This document shows positions 14,721-28,414 of a stretch of 64,000 nucleotides of DNA, in pieces. The translations under genes were made by a program, and so were the position numbers. The notes under the pieces were generated by a model. The model searched no databases and was not told the DNA's origin. It saw nothing but the letters and a program-made list of their open reading frames with translations. The first letter of the stretch is position 1; each line of letters starts with the position of its first letter. The stretch comes from Eledone cirrhosa (taxonomy: Eukaryota): the NCBI GenBank assembly GCA_964016885.1, contig OZ024757.1:26474001-26538000 (forward strand). Reading direction: 5' to 3'.

Positions 14721-14995
14721 GTTTTATTTTCTCGATTATTGTTTTTCTGTCTCATGTTTCTTTTTTACTTTCTGGTTTTTAGGGGGATGCAGTGAGATGG
14801 AGGGGTTCCAATTTAGTCCAACTGTCATCACCACCCTAACCCTTGACCTTGTTGTTCCAGTGGTATGGCCAGACTTGTTGCGGACATACGGACAGATGAA
14901 AGCATCTAAAGATTCAAGGTGAGATAGTTTCATATTCCTATATTGTTGAAACAGAGTAGATAAGGGTTAATTGTGGCAGTGCTGCTGTCTCAACC

Positions 14996-15868
14996 ACACT
15001 GAGTTAACTACACTGAGTTAGCACCACTGAGTTAACTACACTGAGTTAATTACACTGAGTAAACTACACTGAGTTAGCACCACTGAGTTAATTACACTGA
15101 GTTAACTACACTGAGTTAGCTATACTGAGTTAGCACCACTGAGTTAATTACACTGAGTAAACTACACTGAGTTAGCACCACTGAGTTAGCTACACTGAGT
15201 TAGCACCACTGAGTTAATTACACTGAGTAAACTACACTGAGTTAGCTACACTGAGTTAGCACCACTGAGTTAATTACACTGAGTTAGCACCACTGAGTTA
15301 ATTACACTGAGTTAGCTACACTGAGTTAGCACCACTGAGTAAACTACACTGAGTTAGCTACACTGAGTTAGCACCACTGAGTTAGCTACACTGAGTTAGC
15401 ACCACTGAGTTAATTACACTGAGTAAACTACACTGAGTTAGCTACACTGAGTTAGCACCACTGAGTTAATTACACTGAGTTAGCTACACTGAGTTAGCAC
15501 CACTGAGTTAATTACACTGAGTTAACTACACTGAGTTAGCTACACTGAGTAAACTACACTGAGTTAGCTACACTGAGTTAGCTACACTGAGTAAACTACA
15601 CTGAGTTAGCTACACTGAGTTAGCACCACTGAGTTAATTACACTGAGTTAACTACACTGAGTTAGCTACACTGAGTAAACTACACTGAGTTAACTACACT
15701 GAGTTAATTACACTGAGTAAACTACACTGAGTTAGCTACACTGAGTTAGCACCACTGAGTAAACTACACTGAGTTAACCACAGTGAGTTAACTACACTGA
15801 GTTAACTACACTGAAGTAACCACAGTGAGTTAACTACACTGAGTTAACTACACTGAGTTAGCTACACT
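14996..15868. repeat. 14-bp minisatellite (cactgagt plus a variable 6-mer), about 60 copies
   Basis: Variant 6-mers taacta, tagcac, taatta, aaacta and tagcta. Confidence 0.95.
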
Positions 15869-16226
15869 ATTTTTATGTCTTTCTTGAGTTTTCAGGTTCA
15901 TCAGGCTGGAGCCTGATACAGCATGATGAGACTGAGGGTATAAGACTCCCTCCTGGATAGGATGCCAGTCCATCATGGTATTAAACCACCAGTTGTTATT
16001 CATACTCATTTTATTTATTTCAAATGAGTGGACAGACCCCATGTGGAGTGAAGTGCCTTGCTCAAGGACACAATGTGCCACATGGTCTGAGAATCAGAAC
16101 CACAACCTTCTGATCTATTGCCCAACACTCTAACCAATAAGCCAGCCATCTTCATTGATATCTGTTTATTTACTATTGGACTAGTGTCATCCATAATGAT
16201 AGAAATAGCATTAAATATATTTAATA

Positions 16227-16753
16227 CTAGCAGTAAAGCCCGGCGTTGCTCGGGGTCGCTCAGTAGCTGTGTTAAAGTTACAATGTTAAGTTTCTTTTTT
16301 GGCTTAAAAACTGTAGTGTCTACTGTGCAGACTTGCATGTGGTGTTTTTGATTAATATTCCCTCAACCAACAATATGCCTTATGAAGTTAAGAAAACATA
16401 ACGATAACCCGAATGTTATAACAAAAGAGGATGCTGGGGATAAAAACTGCACTGGTTATTTATTAACAAAGATCGAAAATGTAAACACTGCAACGCAGAG
16501 AAAAACAACGTAAGACGCTCAATGTAAACAGAACAAAGGGAAATAACTTGTCACTTACGCTCAAAAATCGATACATTAGATTCGATTTCGTCACATAGGG
16601 TGGGTCAATTTGAAATATTTTTTTTCCGATGTCTTCGCTAGGGCTCAATGTACAAGTATAGCAATTTCAGTGCAATTCCGTCAGAGATTCTAAGAGGAGA
16701 TGTGTGCCAAAAATCGATAGACAGACAGACAACCACAGCTTTATATATATAGA
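16227..16753 (-). mobile_element. Non-autonomous Helitron
   Basis: On minus: 5' A|TCtatatatataaagc at 16753; 3' hairpin cccgagcaacgccggg, then ctttactgCTAG|T ending at 16227. Confidence 0.8.
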
Positions 16754-17859
16754 TTTGGAGTCCAGCATTGGTGTTTCATATATACCAGGATTACTTGATG
16801 TATGAACAATGATACGAATTGGGAAATCTACGTTTGCCAAAGAGAAACCCTATAGTTTATGTTGATTATTGACATGTGGAAATGATTAAAGATAAAAATA
16901 TGACATTTAAATAATTTATTTCTAGGATATAATTACATAAATGGACAGGATGTTTGTACAAATTATTAAATGTATGAGTAACTTTAGAGAAATAGATATT
17001 TAGAACAAATATAGAGTTAGAACCCAGGACCTATAGCAACATGATTGAGATAGGAAATGCACTGTGTATGTATGTGTGTATCTGTATGTGTTTTTGTGTA
17101 TGTATGTGTATGCTTCTGCATGTAAATTTTAAAGAGTTACAGATGGTGTTATTTATAAATATAGAAAAAAAAACATCCAGTCCACACTCTAAGGTGGTCA
17201 TGTTGATGTCATGACTAAAAGCTCCCAGTCCACACTGAAAAGTGGCTGTGTCGGTATCAGTACTAAAAGCTCCCAGTCCACACTGAAAAGTGGTCGTGTC
17301 GGTATCATGACTAAAAGCACCCAGCACACACTGTAAATGTGGTTGGTGTTAGGAAAGGCAACCAGCTGTAGAAACCAAGCCAGAAATAGTTCCGTATGAG
17401 CAAGATACAGTCACCTAACCCGACTTGCCTCAAACAGGACACCCTGTTTAACCCATACTAACATGGAAAATGGACATTAAACAATGATGATGATGATGAT
17501 GATGATACAAAAACACATGTGATGTATTATTATGGTTGATTTTATCAAGTTAGAAAAGCTGAAAAGTGAAGCTGGGCCCAGCAAGATGACTTTAACTGTA
17601 TAAACAATAGCTTAGAAGGTTGGATAAAGTACTCCTATAGACGGAAAAAAGTAACCAGCAGCTACTACGAAGAAACAAACTCCATATGACAGGCCTCTGC
17701 ACAGTTTCTGTCAACCAAATTTCACAGACAAGGCATTTGTCAACGTCAGGCTATAGTAGAAAGCATTTATTTGCCCAAAGTGCCACACTGTGGGACTGAA
17801 CCCCAAAACCATGTTATTGTAAAGTGAACTCCCTAACCACATGGCTAAATATTAATTAA

Positions 17860-18620
17860 TTGTTTCTACTTTTGGCACAAGGCCAGCAATTACCCAGTGC
17901 ATTACTGGTACTTTATTTTATCGACTCCGTAAGGATGAAAGGCAGAAGTTAACCTCGGCGGGATTTGAACTCAGAATGGCAAGGGCTGTAATTCTATGCG
18001 TCAAAGCATGGCGCCCGACCCTCTACCGGTACTGCCAATCCAATGGCTAAATATTAATTAATGGTCTCTGATTTAGGCACAAGGCCTACAATTTTGGGAG
18101 AGGGGAAAGTCAATTATATTGACCCCAGTGCATTACTGGTACTTTATTTTATCGACCCTGTAAAGATGAAAGTCAAAGCTAACCTCGGCGGGAGTTTGAA
18201 CTCAGAGTGTAAAGGGCCGTAACTCTATGCCGCTGAGCATGTTGTGTGACGCTCTATTGATTCTGCCATTCCACTGCCCAATAATAATAACAATTGTTTC
18301 TACTTTTGGCACAAGGCCAGCAATTATCAGGGAGGAGAAAGTTGATTAAAGCAACCCCAATACATTACTGGTACTTTTGAATTCAGAATTTAAAGGGCCA
18401 TAACTAAATGCTACAAAGCAAATGATTTATAATTTGGGCACAAGGCCAGCAATTTGGGGGGGAAAGTGAAAGTTGATTAAATCGACCCCAGTGCCCATTA
18501 CTGGTACTTTATTTCATCAACCCTGTAAGGATGAAAGGCAAAGCTAACCTTGGTGGCAGTTTGAACTCAGAACGTAAAGGGTCGTAACTCTATGCCTCTT
18601 CTGCCAATCAACCACCCTTA
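17860..18620 (-). mobile_element. Tandem cluster of family C SINEs
   Basis: About four copies, reverse complement of the 14170 and 29775 clusters. Confidence 0.75.
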
Positions 18621-18829
18621 AATATTAATTAATGAAGTACCATCCCCAGCCGCAGTAGTGTCACTATTTACACTAAAGATGGCGCTAACGATACAATCAT
18701 TCTTTAGATCTCCGAAGACAAAAAGAAATTTTCTGTCTGATTTTAGTTGGTTTCGTTAGAGTTTTTTGGTAATTAAAATCTTTTCATAGCCATAGCATAC
18801 CACAGGATTGGCTTTGGGCAGAATATGGA

Positions 18830-18871
18830 AATGTGTGTGTGTGTGTTTATGTGTGTATGTATGGGAATGTG

Positions 18872-18949
<78 letters not shown>

Positions 18950-18950
18950 C

Positions 18951-19047
<97 letters not shown>

Positions 19048-19225
19048 CACATACGCTTGTATATATATATATGTATGAGTGTGTGTGTGTATGTATATAT
19101 ATATATATGTATATATATGTATATATATATATGTATATATATATATGTATATATATATATGTATATATATGTATATATATATATGTATATATATGTATAT
19201 ATATATATATGTATATATATATATG

Positions 19226-19256
<31 letters not shown>

Positions 19257-19517
19257 GTATATATATATGTGTATATAAATTATTAAAAAAATAATGAATA
19301 AACAAAGAAACAGTTCCTTATATTAAACAAAAATATGTATATATATATATGTATATATATATATGTATATATATATATGTATATATATATATGTATATAT
19401 GTATATGTATATATGTATATGTATACATATATATGTATATATATATATATGTACATATATGTATATATATATATATGTACATATATGTATATATATATAT
19501 ATATATATACATATATG

Positions 19518-19570
<53 letters not shown>

Positions 19571-19958
19571 ATACAGGGCATCACAAAAAAATGTATACAC
19601 ACTTCAACACCATTCTAATAAATATTGCCTGTACAGGTAATCAATGTGTATACATATATATATTATATATATATATATCATATACATATATATATCATAT
19701 ATATATATCATATATATATATATATCATACATATATATATATATATATCATATATATATATATCATATATATATATATATATCATATACATATATATATA
19801 TCATATATATATATCATATACATATATATATATCATATATATATATCATATACATATATATATATCATATACATATATATATATCATATATATATATATA
19901 TATATCATATATATATATATATCATATACATATATATATATCATATATATATATATAT

Positions 19959-20030
<72 letters not shown>

Positions 20031-20060
20031 TATACATATATATATATCATATATATATCA
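18830..20060. repeat. (TA)n-based compound microsatellite
   Basis: Visible. Confidence 0.95.
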
Positions 20061-20594
20061 TCATCATCGTTTAATGTCCATCTTCCTCGCTAGCATGGGT
20101 TGGATGGGTTTGTCCCACTTGAGGCAAGATTGGTCAGGTGACCGTGTCCTGCTCATATAGGACTGTTTTTAGCTGGTTTTCTACGGCTGGATGCCCTTCC
20201 TAACACCAACCACATTTACATATACATCATCATCATCATCATTCTTCGACTACTGTCGAGATGATGGATCTCACCCTCAAGCCCCAGAATTCCCTGTCCC
20301 CCATACAGTGTGGTTCCCTGAGGAACAGGAACCCTGGTGCAGTCAGTTGCGAAATCCATCATCTTTTCAAATAGCTAATAATGTGTGTGGGCGCCACTAC
20401 GACACACATGTGAAAGAATTTGACAGCCAAGTCTTGAAGAAGGTGCATATACACAAGATCCCAGACCTCATTCCTTTAACAAGTGGGATGGAACTCATCG
20501 AATCGGACCAAAGAAACAATGTTTCTATCGGTCTTTCCAATAGCAAATACTATTTACTGGTTGCAAAGCCAGACAGAAGGAGCAGCATGAAATA

Positions 20595-20780
20595 ATTGTT
20601 TCCACTTTTGGCACAAGGCCAGCAATTACCCAGTGTGTGACTGGTACTTTATTTTATCGACCCCATAAGGATGAAAGGCAAAGTTAACATTGGCGGGATT
20701 TGAACTCAGACTATAAAGGGCCGTAACTCTTTGCTGCAAAGCATGGCGTCCGACCCTCTACCGATACTGCCAATCCACCA
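20595..20780 (-). mobile_element. Family C SINE
   Basis: ctggtactttattttatcgacccc...gggatttgaactcag. Confidence 0.75.
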
Positions 20781-20829
20781 ATAATGTGTCTTGCTCAAGA
20801 ACATAACACATAATCTCCTTATCATCTCG

Positions 20830-21050
20830 CTATAAGGCTCGACATTTTGAGATCAGCTCTAACCACCTCTGTCCAGGCTTTTACTTTGTCTTCCTTTACT
20901 ACAGCTTCCTTTCACTGGCATCTCTTCGCACCTTCTTCATCCAGCATTCATCATCCATACACAACACATGTCGATACCAGTGCAGTCTTCTCTCTTGCAC
21001 ACTACATCTGATTCTTCTTCATCCCGACTTTTCTCTTAGTTCGTCCACAT
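20830..21050 (-). mobile_element. Degenerate RTE LINE ORF fragment
   Basis: Minus strand reads ERRLHWYRHVLCMDDECWMKKV, similar to the RL.W.GHV.RM motif. Confidence 0.55.
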
Positions 21051-22800
21051 CCCATTAAACCTTACACACCATGTGTTTGTATATGTTCCATGACTTAGCT
21101 GGGATCGCTAAAATAAGTACCAGACTTGAAAAAAAACTATTACTAAGGGTCGAATATGATCTGATCTACTAAAGTGAGATGGTGCCCCAGCATGGCCACA
21201 ATCTAACGACTGAAACCAGTAAAGGATAAAAGAAATGTAAACAGAAAAAGAAAAAGGAGTGAACAAAAAAAATAAAACAGGAAGAGGAACAGGAAAAAGA
21301 AGAGAAGAGGGGGAAGAGGAAGAGGAAATAAAGAACAAGAACGAGGAGAAGGGGAAGAAGACACAAGTTGAAGAATGGAAGAAGAGAAGAAAAAAGGAAA
21401 AATGGAAGATGAGAAGAAGATGAAAGATTAAAGATAAAGGAAGTGGTGGGAGGAAGAGGGGAGGGGGAAAGGCAGGATGAGAGGAGAAAGAGGGAAGTGG
21501 GAGGGAGGAATAAAAGGGAAGAGGAACAGGATGAGGCCGAATGATAAAAGAAAGGAGTGTTGGAATGGTGTAGTGGGGAGGGGGGTTAACCAAGGTGAAA
21601 AAAAAAGGTAAAAAAACCCATGGAGATGTTTTATGTTTGAGTGTAACCACAGCAATGTTACACATACATACACACACCATACACATACACACACACAAAT
21701 ACGCATACACACATACACATACACCACACACATACCACACACATACACACACCACACACATACATACACATACCACACACATACACACACCACACACATA
21801 CACATACCATACACATACACCACACACATACAACACACCATACACATACACCACACACATACACACACACACATACACACCACACACATACACACACCAC
21901 ACACATACAGCACACACATACACACCATATACACCACACACATACACTACATACACCACACACATATACACACCTCACACATACACACACACACCACATA
22001 CACCATACACCACACACATACACACACACCACCCACACACTCTGCAGTAATGTTGTAGTGGTGGTGGTGGTTGTGGTGGTAGTAGTGGAGGAGGATGTCG
22101 TGATGATGGCGGTGGTAGTAGTGGTGGTGGTGGTGTTGTGGTGGTGGTAGTGGTAGTGGTGGTGGTGTTGTGGTGTTAGTGGTGGTAGTGGTGGTGGTGG
22201 TGGTAGTAACAGTGTTGTGGTGGTGGTGGTGTTGTGGTGTTTGTGGTGGTGGTAGTGGTGGTGGTGGTGTTGTGGTGTTAGTGGTGGTGGTGGTGGTGGT
22301 GGTGGTGGTGGTGGTAGTGGTGGTGGCGGTAGTGGTGGTGGTGGTGTAGTGGTGGTAGTGGTGGTGGTGGAGTTATCTGCGGTGCAGCTCACTGCAACTG
22401 CTACTGCAGTAATACAGCGTGATTGCAATTGCGGTGCAGGGGACCAACAGCAGCGGTGATGGTGGTGGGGGCGGGGGTAGAGGGCGTGGGGAAGAGGTGG
22501 GGGGTAGAGGGTGTGGGGAGGGGCGGGAGAATATGAAATGAAATGAAATGATGCAACAACAAAAAGAAAAAAAAAATAGAGGAAAAAAATTAAAAAAACC
22601 CTCCAATACCTAAAAACATTTCATATTAGATGCCTGCCATTGCAGAACAGCTAGAGGTGTGTGGTGTGTGTGTGTATGTGTGTGTGTAGTGTATGTGGTG
22701 TGTGTATGTGTGTGTGCGGTGAATGCATGTGTCTTGTGTAGATAGAACAGCATGTGTATATATGTATTTATAAGTATATATATCGTCATATATATATATA

Positions 22801-22899
22801 CAGGGTGTCCAAAAAATGTATACGCAATTTGATTACCTGTACAGGCAACATTTATTAGAATGCTGTTGAAGAAGTGTGTATACATTTTTGGGGATATTG
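22801..22899. mobile_element. ~100-bp Tc1/mariner-like MITE (relatives at 19574-19655, 28266-28335, 61135-61211)
   Basis: TIR cagggtgtcc(c)aaaaatgtatac / gtatacatttttgggg; TA flanks; shared internal ttattagaatg.tgttgaag. Confidence 0.7.
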
Positions 22900-23060
22900 T
22901 ATACATACATACAGCCAGACAGACAGACATATATATATATATAGGTGGATTCCCGAAAAATATCAGGAAGTAACCACATGTAAAAAAGGTACTCAATACT
23001 GTTTGTGCTGTATCTGTGTAGAGTATGTGTGTGTGTGTATAGAAAGATAGGGGCGGCAAG

Positions 23061-23109
<49 letters not shown>

Positions 23110-23612
23110 TATGTTTCTTTATTAGCCACAGGGGCACAAAAGAAGGGGACAAATACAAAGGGGGAAGTTTACATACAATAAAAACGTGTAAAATATTATC
23201 ACAAATGCAATTTAAAAATTAGTCGATTTTCCCCAATAGGGGGAGACATTTCATATGGTAAATACAAAAAATGTGCAAGCCTCATCTCCAGGAGTATGAA
23301 GAGTGAGTACCCCCTTCCTCTCTTCCTCTTTTTCCTCAACCTACAGGCTGACATAGAGAGAAGGCCCATTCACTCGGGCCATTCTCGCCACTTTCACCCA
23401 CCTTTCATAAAACTTGCTGGGGTACAGCACCTCTCTCTCCATCCTGATTCTTCTTCTAAAGTGGTATTTGAAAAAAAGAATTAGTTGTTGGCCGGAGAGA
23501 AAGGTGTCTGACCTCAGCCCTTTTAACCTTGTCCACCATACAACCTCTTTCGCCATAGCTATCACACAAGGGAAAACCGCCTCTCCTTCGTTTTTGAAGG
23601 AGGGTGGTGGTT
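23110..23612 (-). mobile_element. 5'-truncated Tx1/L1-like element: ORF2 C-terminus plus 3'UTR
   Basis: AMAKEVVWWTRLKG...LILFFKYHFRRRIRMERE...FYERW, stop at 23341; 3'UTR ends gtggctaataaagaaac. Confidence 0.7.
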
Positions 23613-24029
23613 TATAGATAGATAGAAAGACAGATAGAGACACAGATAGATAAATATATAGACAATGAGTAAATCAGAAAGTGCCATTTATGAATGTTTT
23701 AGTCCAGTACTAGATGATAGTAATGCTAGTGATTTAGGCTGTACCTTCATATTGCAGATGAGGTACGAGACTGACAGTGAATGATGGGGGTTAAAGCTCA
23801 ATCTGGTTATAAAATTATTTCGACACTGAACCAACCCACCATCCAACACATACTTTGTTCATTCACTCACTCACTCTCTCTCTCTATATATATATATGTG
23901 TGTGTGTAGTGATTGGTGATAGGGAGGGCATCCAACTGTAGAAAAGTTTCCAAACAAAGGGTAGAGAGGACATTTCCAAACAAAGGGTAGAGAGGACATG
24001 CCCACCTTCCTAATGCTGGTGCCACAATA

Positions 24030-24660
24030 AAATTCACCCAGTCCACCCTGTAATGTGGTAGTGCTGGTACCATAACAAAAAGCACTCAGTCCACTCTGTA
24101 ATGTGGTAGTGCTGGAGCTGTGGAGAAAAGCACGCAGTCCACCCTGTAAGGTGGTAGTGCTGGTGCCATAACAAAAAGCATCCAGTGCACCCTGTAAAGT
24201 GGTAGTGCTGGTGCCATAACAAAAAGCACCCAGTCCATCCTGTAAGGAGGTAGTGTTGGTACCATAACAAAAAGCACCCAGTCCATCCTGTAAGGAGGTA
24301 GTGTTGGTACCATAACAAAAAGCACCCAGTCCATCCTGTAAGGAGGTAGTGCTGGTGCCATAACAAAAAGCACCCAGTCCATCCTGTAAGGAGGTAGTGT
24401 TGGTACCATAACAAAAAGCACCCAGTCCATCCTGTAAGGAGGTAGTGTTGGTACCATAACAAAAAGCACCCAGTCCATCCTGTAAGGAGGTAGTGTTGGT
24501 ACCATAACAAAAAGCACCCAGTCCATCCTGTAAGGAGGTAGTGTTGGTACCATAACAAAAAGCACCCAGTCCATCCTGTAAGGAGGTAGTGCTGGTGCCA
24601 TAACAAAAAACACCCAGTCCACCCTGTAAAGTAGTAGTGCTGGAATCATGATAAAATTAT
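24030..24660 (+). repeat. 48-bp tandem array (about 13 units) derived from the RTE/SINE 3' tail
   Basis: Unit aaaagcacccagtccatcctgtaaggaggtagtgttggtaccataaca, continuing into ttaggaagggca like the RTE 3'UTR. Confidence 0.85.
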
Positions 24661-24944
24661 GTAAAGTGATTAGCATTAGGAAGGGCAGCCAACAGTGGAA
24701 ACCAATCCAAATATGTATTGTATGACGAAGACATTGTCAAGTGACCTTTCTAGTCATATCCGGCCAGAACTCTCTCACCTCTATCTCTTCAAACTGACTG
24801 TAACTGGCCACTCATACTCATGTTAAGGTATTGTTCTTAAAATAAATAACATCAAAATCTCGTAGATTCGATATTATATGAGATAAAGCCTTTACCATGA
24901 AAATACAAAAGTAAATATAGAATAATTCATTCATTCATTTCATT

Positions 24945-25340
24945 TCATTTTACGTCCGCTTTTCCCTGCTTGCAAGGGTGGGACGGGAACTGATTCTGGC
25001 TTGATTTCTACAGCTGGATGCCCTTCCTAACACCAACCTCATTTACAGTGTGGGCTGGGTGATTTTTTGCCGTCGCACCTCCACGACCACTTTGCAGTGG
25101 AATGATATGGACCCCAGTCCCTTTCATCTCATTTCTACAGCTGAGTAAACTGGAGCAATGTGAAATAAAGTGTCTTGCTCAAGGAAACAACACATCACCC
25201 GGTCTGAGAATTGAACTCACAACCTTTCGACTGTAAATGAGGTTGGTGTTAGGAAGGGCATCCAGTTGTAGAAATCAAGCCAGAATCAGTTCCCGTCCCA
25301 CCCTTGCAAGCAGGGAAAAGCGGACGTAAAATGATGATGA
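24945..25340. mobile_element. Family A SINE (minus) fused to an inverted copy of its own 3' end
   Basis: 24945-25048 is the reverse complement of 25231-25334 with one mismatch seen. Confidence 0.85.
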
Positions 25341-25672
25341 TGATATATATAATGTAAATGGTAAAGAGTTAATAAGAAATTGTATTGCCTCAGTAAAGAA
25401 CAACCTATTTAACCTATACAAGCAGGGAAAATAGATTTTAAACAATGATGATGATGATGATGATATCTGTGTAGTATGCCTGTATCTATGCTTACTGTTT
25501 GTTTATGTCCTATCACTTAACAGTTTGACAAATAGAAATCAATAAAACCTTTAATAAGAGATTATATTCTCCTAACAGCTGTCCATAGTTAAATGTTGGC
25601 AGGGAAATCTCAAATATATTTAATTACTATAAGTTAGCATTTTTAAGTTAGACAAAACAAAATAATATCTAA

Positions 25673-25880
25673 CCCTTTAGCATTTAAACCGGCCATATCT
25701 GGCCAAAATTCTCTCAGCTCTTTCTATATAAACCGGGTGTAACTAGCTGCTCATACTGATGTTGAGGTATTGTTCTCAAAAGAAATCATATCAAAATCTC
25801 ATAGATTCGATATTATGTGAGATAAAGCTTTCACCGTGAAAATACAATAGTATATATAGAGTAATGTAAATACTAAAGGG
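25673..25880 (+). mobile_element. piggyBac-like MITE
   Basis: ccctttagcattt ... aaatactaaaggg followed by TTAA. Confidence 0.75.
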
Positions 25881-25884
25881 TTAA

Positions 25885-26165
25885 TAATAGATTGTATTGC
25901 CTGAACAGCTGTCCACAGTTAAATGTTGCCAGCGAAATAGCCACCAAGCCTTAGTGGGCTTCATCCACAGGTGGGCTGCTGTCTTTCCAATTTTGTGGAG
26001 GAAATTGGCAGTGTGGGGACCAAGGACACCAGAAGTCTTGATGGTGACCAGTACGAAAAGGAAACAGTGGACCAAGCCCCAGTATTTGTTTATCTTCCTG
26101 TCCTCTGCATCGTGGGCAGTGGTGCTCGGGTTTGCATCAGAAGCAACAATGTTGGAGGCAGAGAA
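25885..26165 (-). mobile_element. CRE-clade LINE relic (restriction-like endonuclease C-terminus)
   Basis: AHDAEDRKINKYWGL...IKTSGVLGPHTANFLHKIG resembles the AE..K..KY...ET.G..GP....FL..IG pattern. Confidence 0.6.
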
Positions 26166-26321
26166 TGAGTTACATCACATTAAGTCCCAGTTAAGAGATT
26201 TATTTCTTTCGAATGCGAAGAGGGTTATTTTATGGTTTAGGCCAGCTGGCTCCAGTTGTGACAGGAAGCCAGCTGTGGCGATAAATAAAGTACCAGTCAT
26301 ACTGGGGTCGATTAAAAATAG

Positions 26322-27030
26322 TAATGAAATTATTGTGTAAAGTGCTCAGGTGCACTACAACTCGTCAAAGGTGTATGTATAGTATATAGAATAATATACA
26401 AATGTCGGGGAAGTGAATAGTGTATGAGTCATGATATACATCTGTGTATGTGTTGTGTGGAGGGGGAACATTAGGTGTAGTGTTGGCGAATCTCGGGAAG
26501 CATGGAGGTTTTAAAGGATGCAGAGTCTCGACAGCCAATAACTGATGCAGGTAGTTTGTTCCATGGAGGTTTTAAAGGATGCAGTGTCTCGGCATCTAAC
26601 AACTGATGCAGGTAGTTTGTTCCATGGAGGTTTTAAAGGATGCAGTGTCTCGACAGCTAACAACTGATGCAGGTAGTTTGTTCCATGGAGGTTTTAAAGG
26701 ATGCAGTGTCTCGACAGCTAACAACTGATGCAGGTAGTTTGTTCCATGGAGGTTTTAAAGGATGCAGTGTCTCGGCAGCTAACAACTGATGCAGGTAGTT
26801 TGTTCCATGGAGGTTTTAAAGGATGCAGTGTCTCGACAGCTAACAACTGATGCAGGTAGTTTGTTCCATGGAGGTTTTAAAGGATGCAGTGTCTCGACAG
26901 CTAACAACTGATGCAGGTAGTTTGTTCCATGCTTCAGCAACTCTGAGCCTGAAAAAATGTTTCCGAAAGTCATGGGAACTGTGCTGTTTTCTGACTTTGT
27001 GGGCATGTCCACGTGTGTTAGACACATGGA
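26322..27030 (-). mobile_element. CR1-clade LINE 3' end with a 61-bp segment amplified 7 times
   Basis: SNTRGHAHKVRKQ...RKHFF.LRVAEAWNKLPASVV; period-61 array at 26502-26930; 3'UTR ending gtagtgcacctgagcact...aatttcatta. Confidence 0.85.
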
Positions 27031-27261
27031 AATCCTCTATATTTCTTTCTCACTTTCTATCTTTCTCTGGAAGAAATCTGCTGTACTCAGGCCTAGAGAG
27101 CGATGGGCTCTGCCAGGTTTAAAATACCCAAGAAACACTGTTCACAGCTCTAGCATCACTCCTCCGTACAACTCTATCAGGAGTTACAGGACCATACATA
27201 CATGTTTGTGTATGTAATTTTTATAGAGTTACAGACAGATATATATTTATATTTTTTTTAA

Positions 27262-27770
27262 CCATCTCGCCAACTGCAACCCTGAGCGCCTCTTTGATCT
27301 CCATGTGTCTAACACACGTGGACATGCCTACAAGATAAGAAAACAGCACAGCTCCCATGACTTTCGCAGACATTTTTTCACGCTCAGAGTTGCTGAAGAA
27401 TGGAACAAACTGCCTGCGTCAATTGTTAGCTGCCGAGACACTGCATCCTTTAAGACACTCATGCTTCCCGAAATACGCCAAAACTACACCTGATGTGCCC
27501 CTTCCATACACATGCACACGTGTGCACTGTTCATTTTACTGATGTTTGTGCATTGCCCTATGTACTGTACATGCACTTTTTTGATGGGTTGTGGTGCACC
27601 TGGGCACTGTGCACAATATTTCATTATTGTTATTGTTATTATATCATGACTCATACACTGTTTATTTTCCTGACATTTGTACATTATTCTATGTACTATA
27701 CATGCACCTTTGATGAGTTGTAGTGCACCTGAGCACTGTACACAATAATTTCATTATTATTATTATTATA
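27262..27770 (+). mobile_element. CR1-clade LINE 3' end
   Basis: SNTRGHAYKIRKQ...FFTLRVAEEWNKLP, stop at 27493, 3'UTR and (ATT)n tail. Confidence 0.85.
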
Positions 27771-28059
27771 AATATACAAATACACATGGCTCATTATTAT
27801 GGTTGCTACTGACATACTCATGTATACATCTTCATGTTTATATACACACCTAAACATATAGAAAATGTATATACACACACACACACACAGATACGCATTC
27901 CATTCAGAAAATAGTCACACCCACCCTGAAGATATAAAATATATGAGAGTGTGAGTGTGTGTGTGTATACATGAGAGTGTGTGTGTGTGTGTATATATAC
28001 CCATTAACAACATCCTCATCATCATACATCCACTTTTTCAGGGTAACATGGGTTTCATT

Positions 28060-28090
<31 letters not shown>

Positions 28091-28157
28091 GTATATATAT
28101 GTATATATATATATATGTATATATATGTATATATATATATATATATGTATATATATG

Positions 28158-28188
<31 letters not shown>

Positions 28189-28332
28189 GTATATATATGT
28201 ATATATGTATATATATGTATATATGTATATATATGTATATATTTATATATGTATATATATATATACAGGGTGTCCCCAAAAAAATGTAGACTCACTTCAA
28301 CAGCATTCTAATGAATATTGCTTGTACAGGCA

Positions 28333-28373
<41 letters not shown>

Positions 28374-28414
28374 TCATATATAGGTTGCGCTGGTATGGAC
28401 ATGTGATGCAGTAA

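Noticed and set aside
18675-18760. aagATGGCG (YY1/Kozak-like) as a gene start
   Set aside because: The frame closes after ~26 codons with no convincing splice donor.
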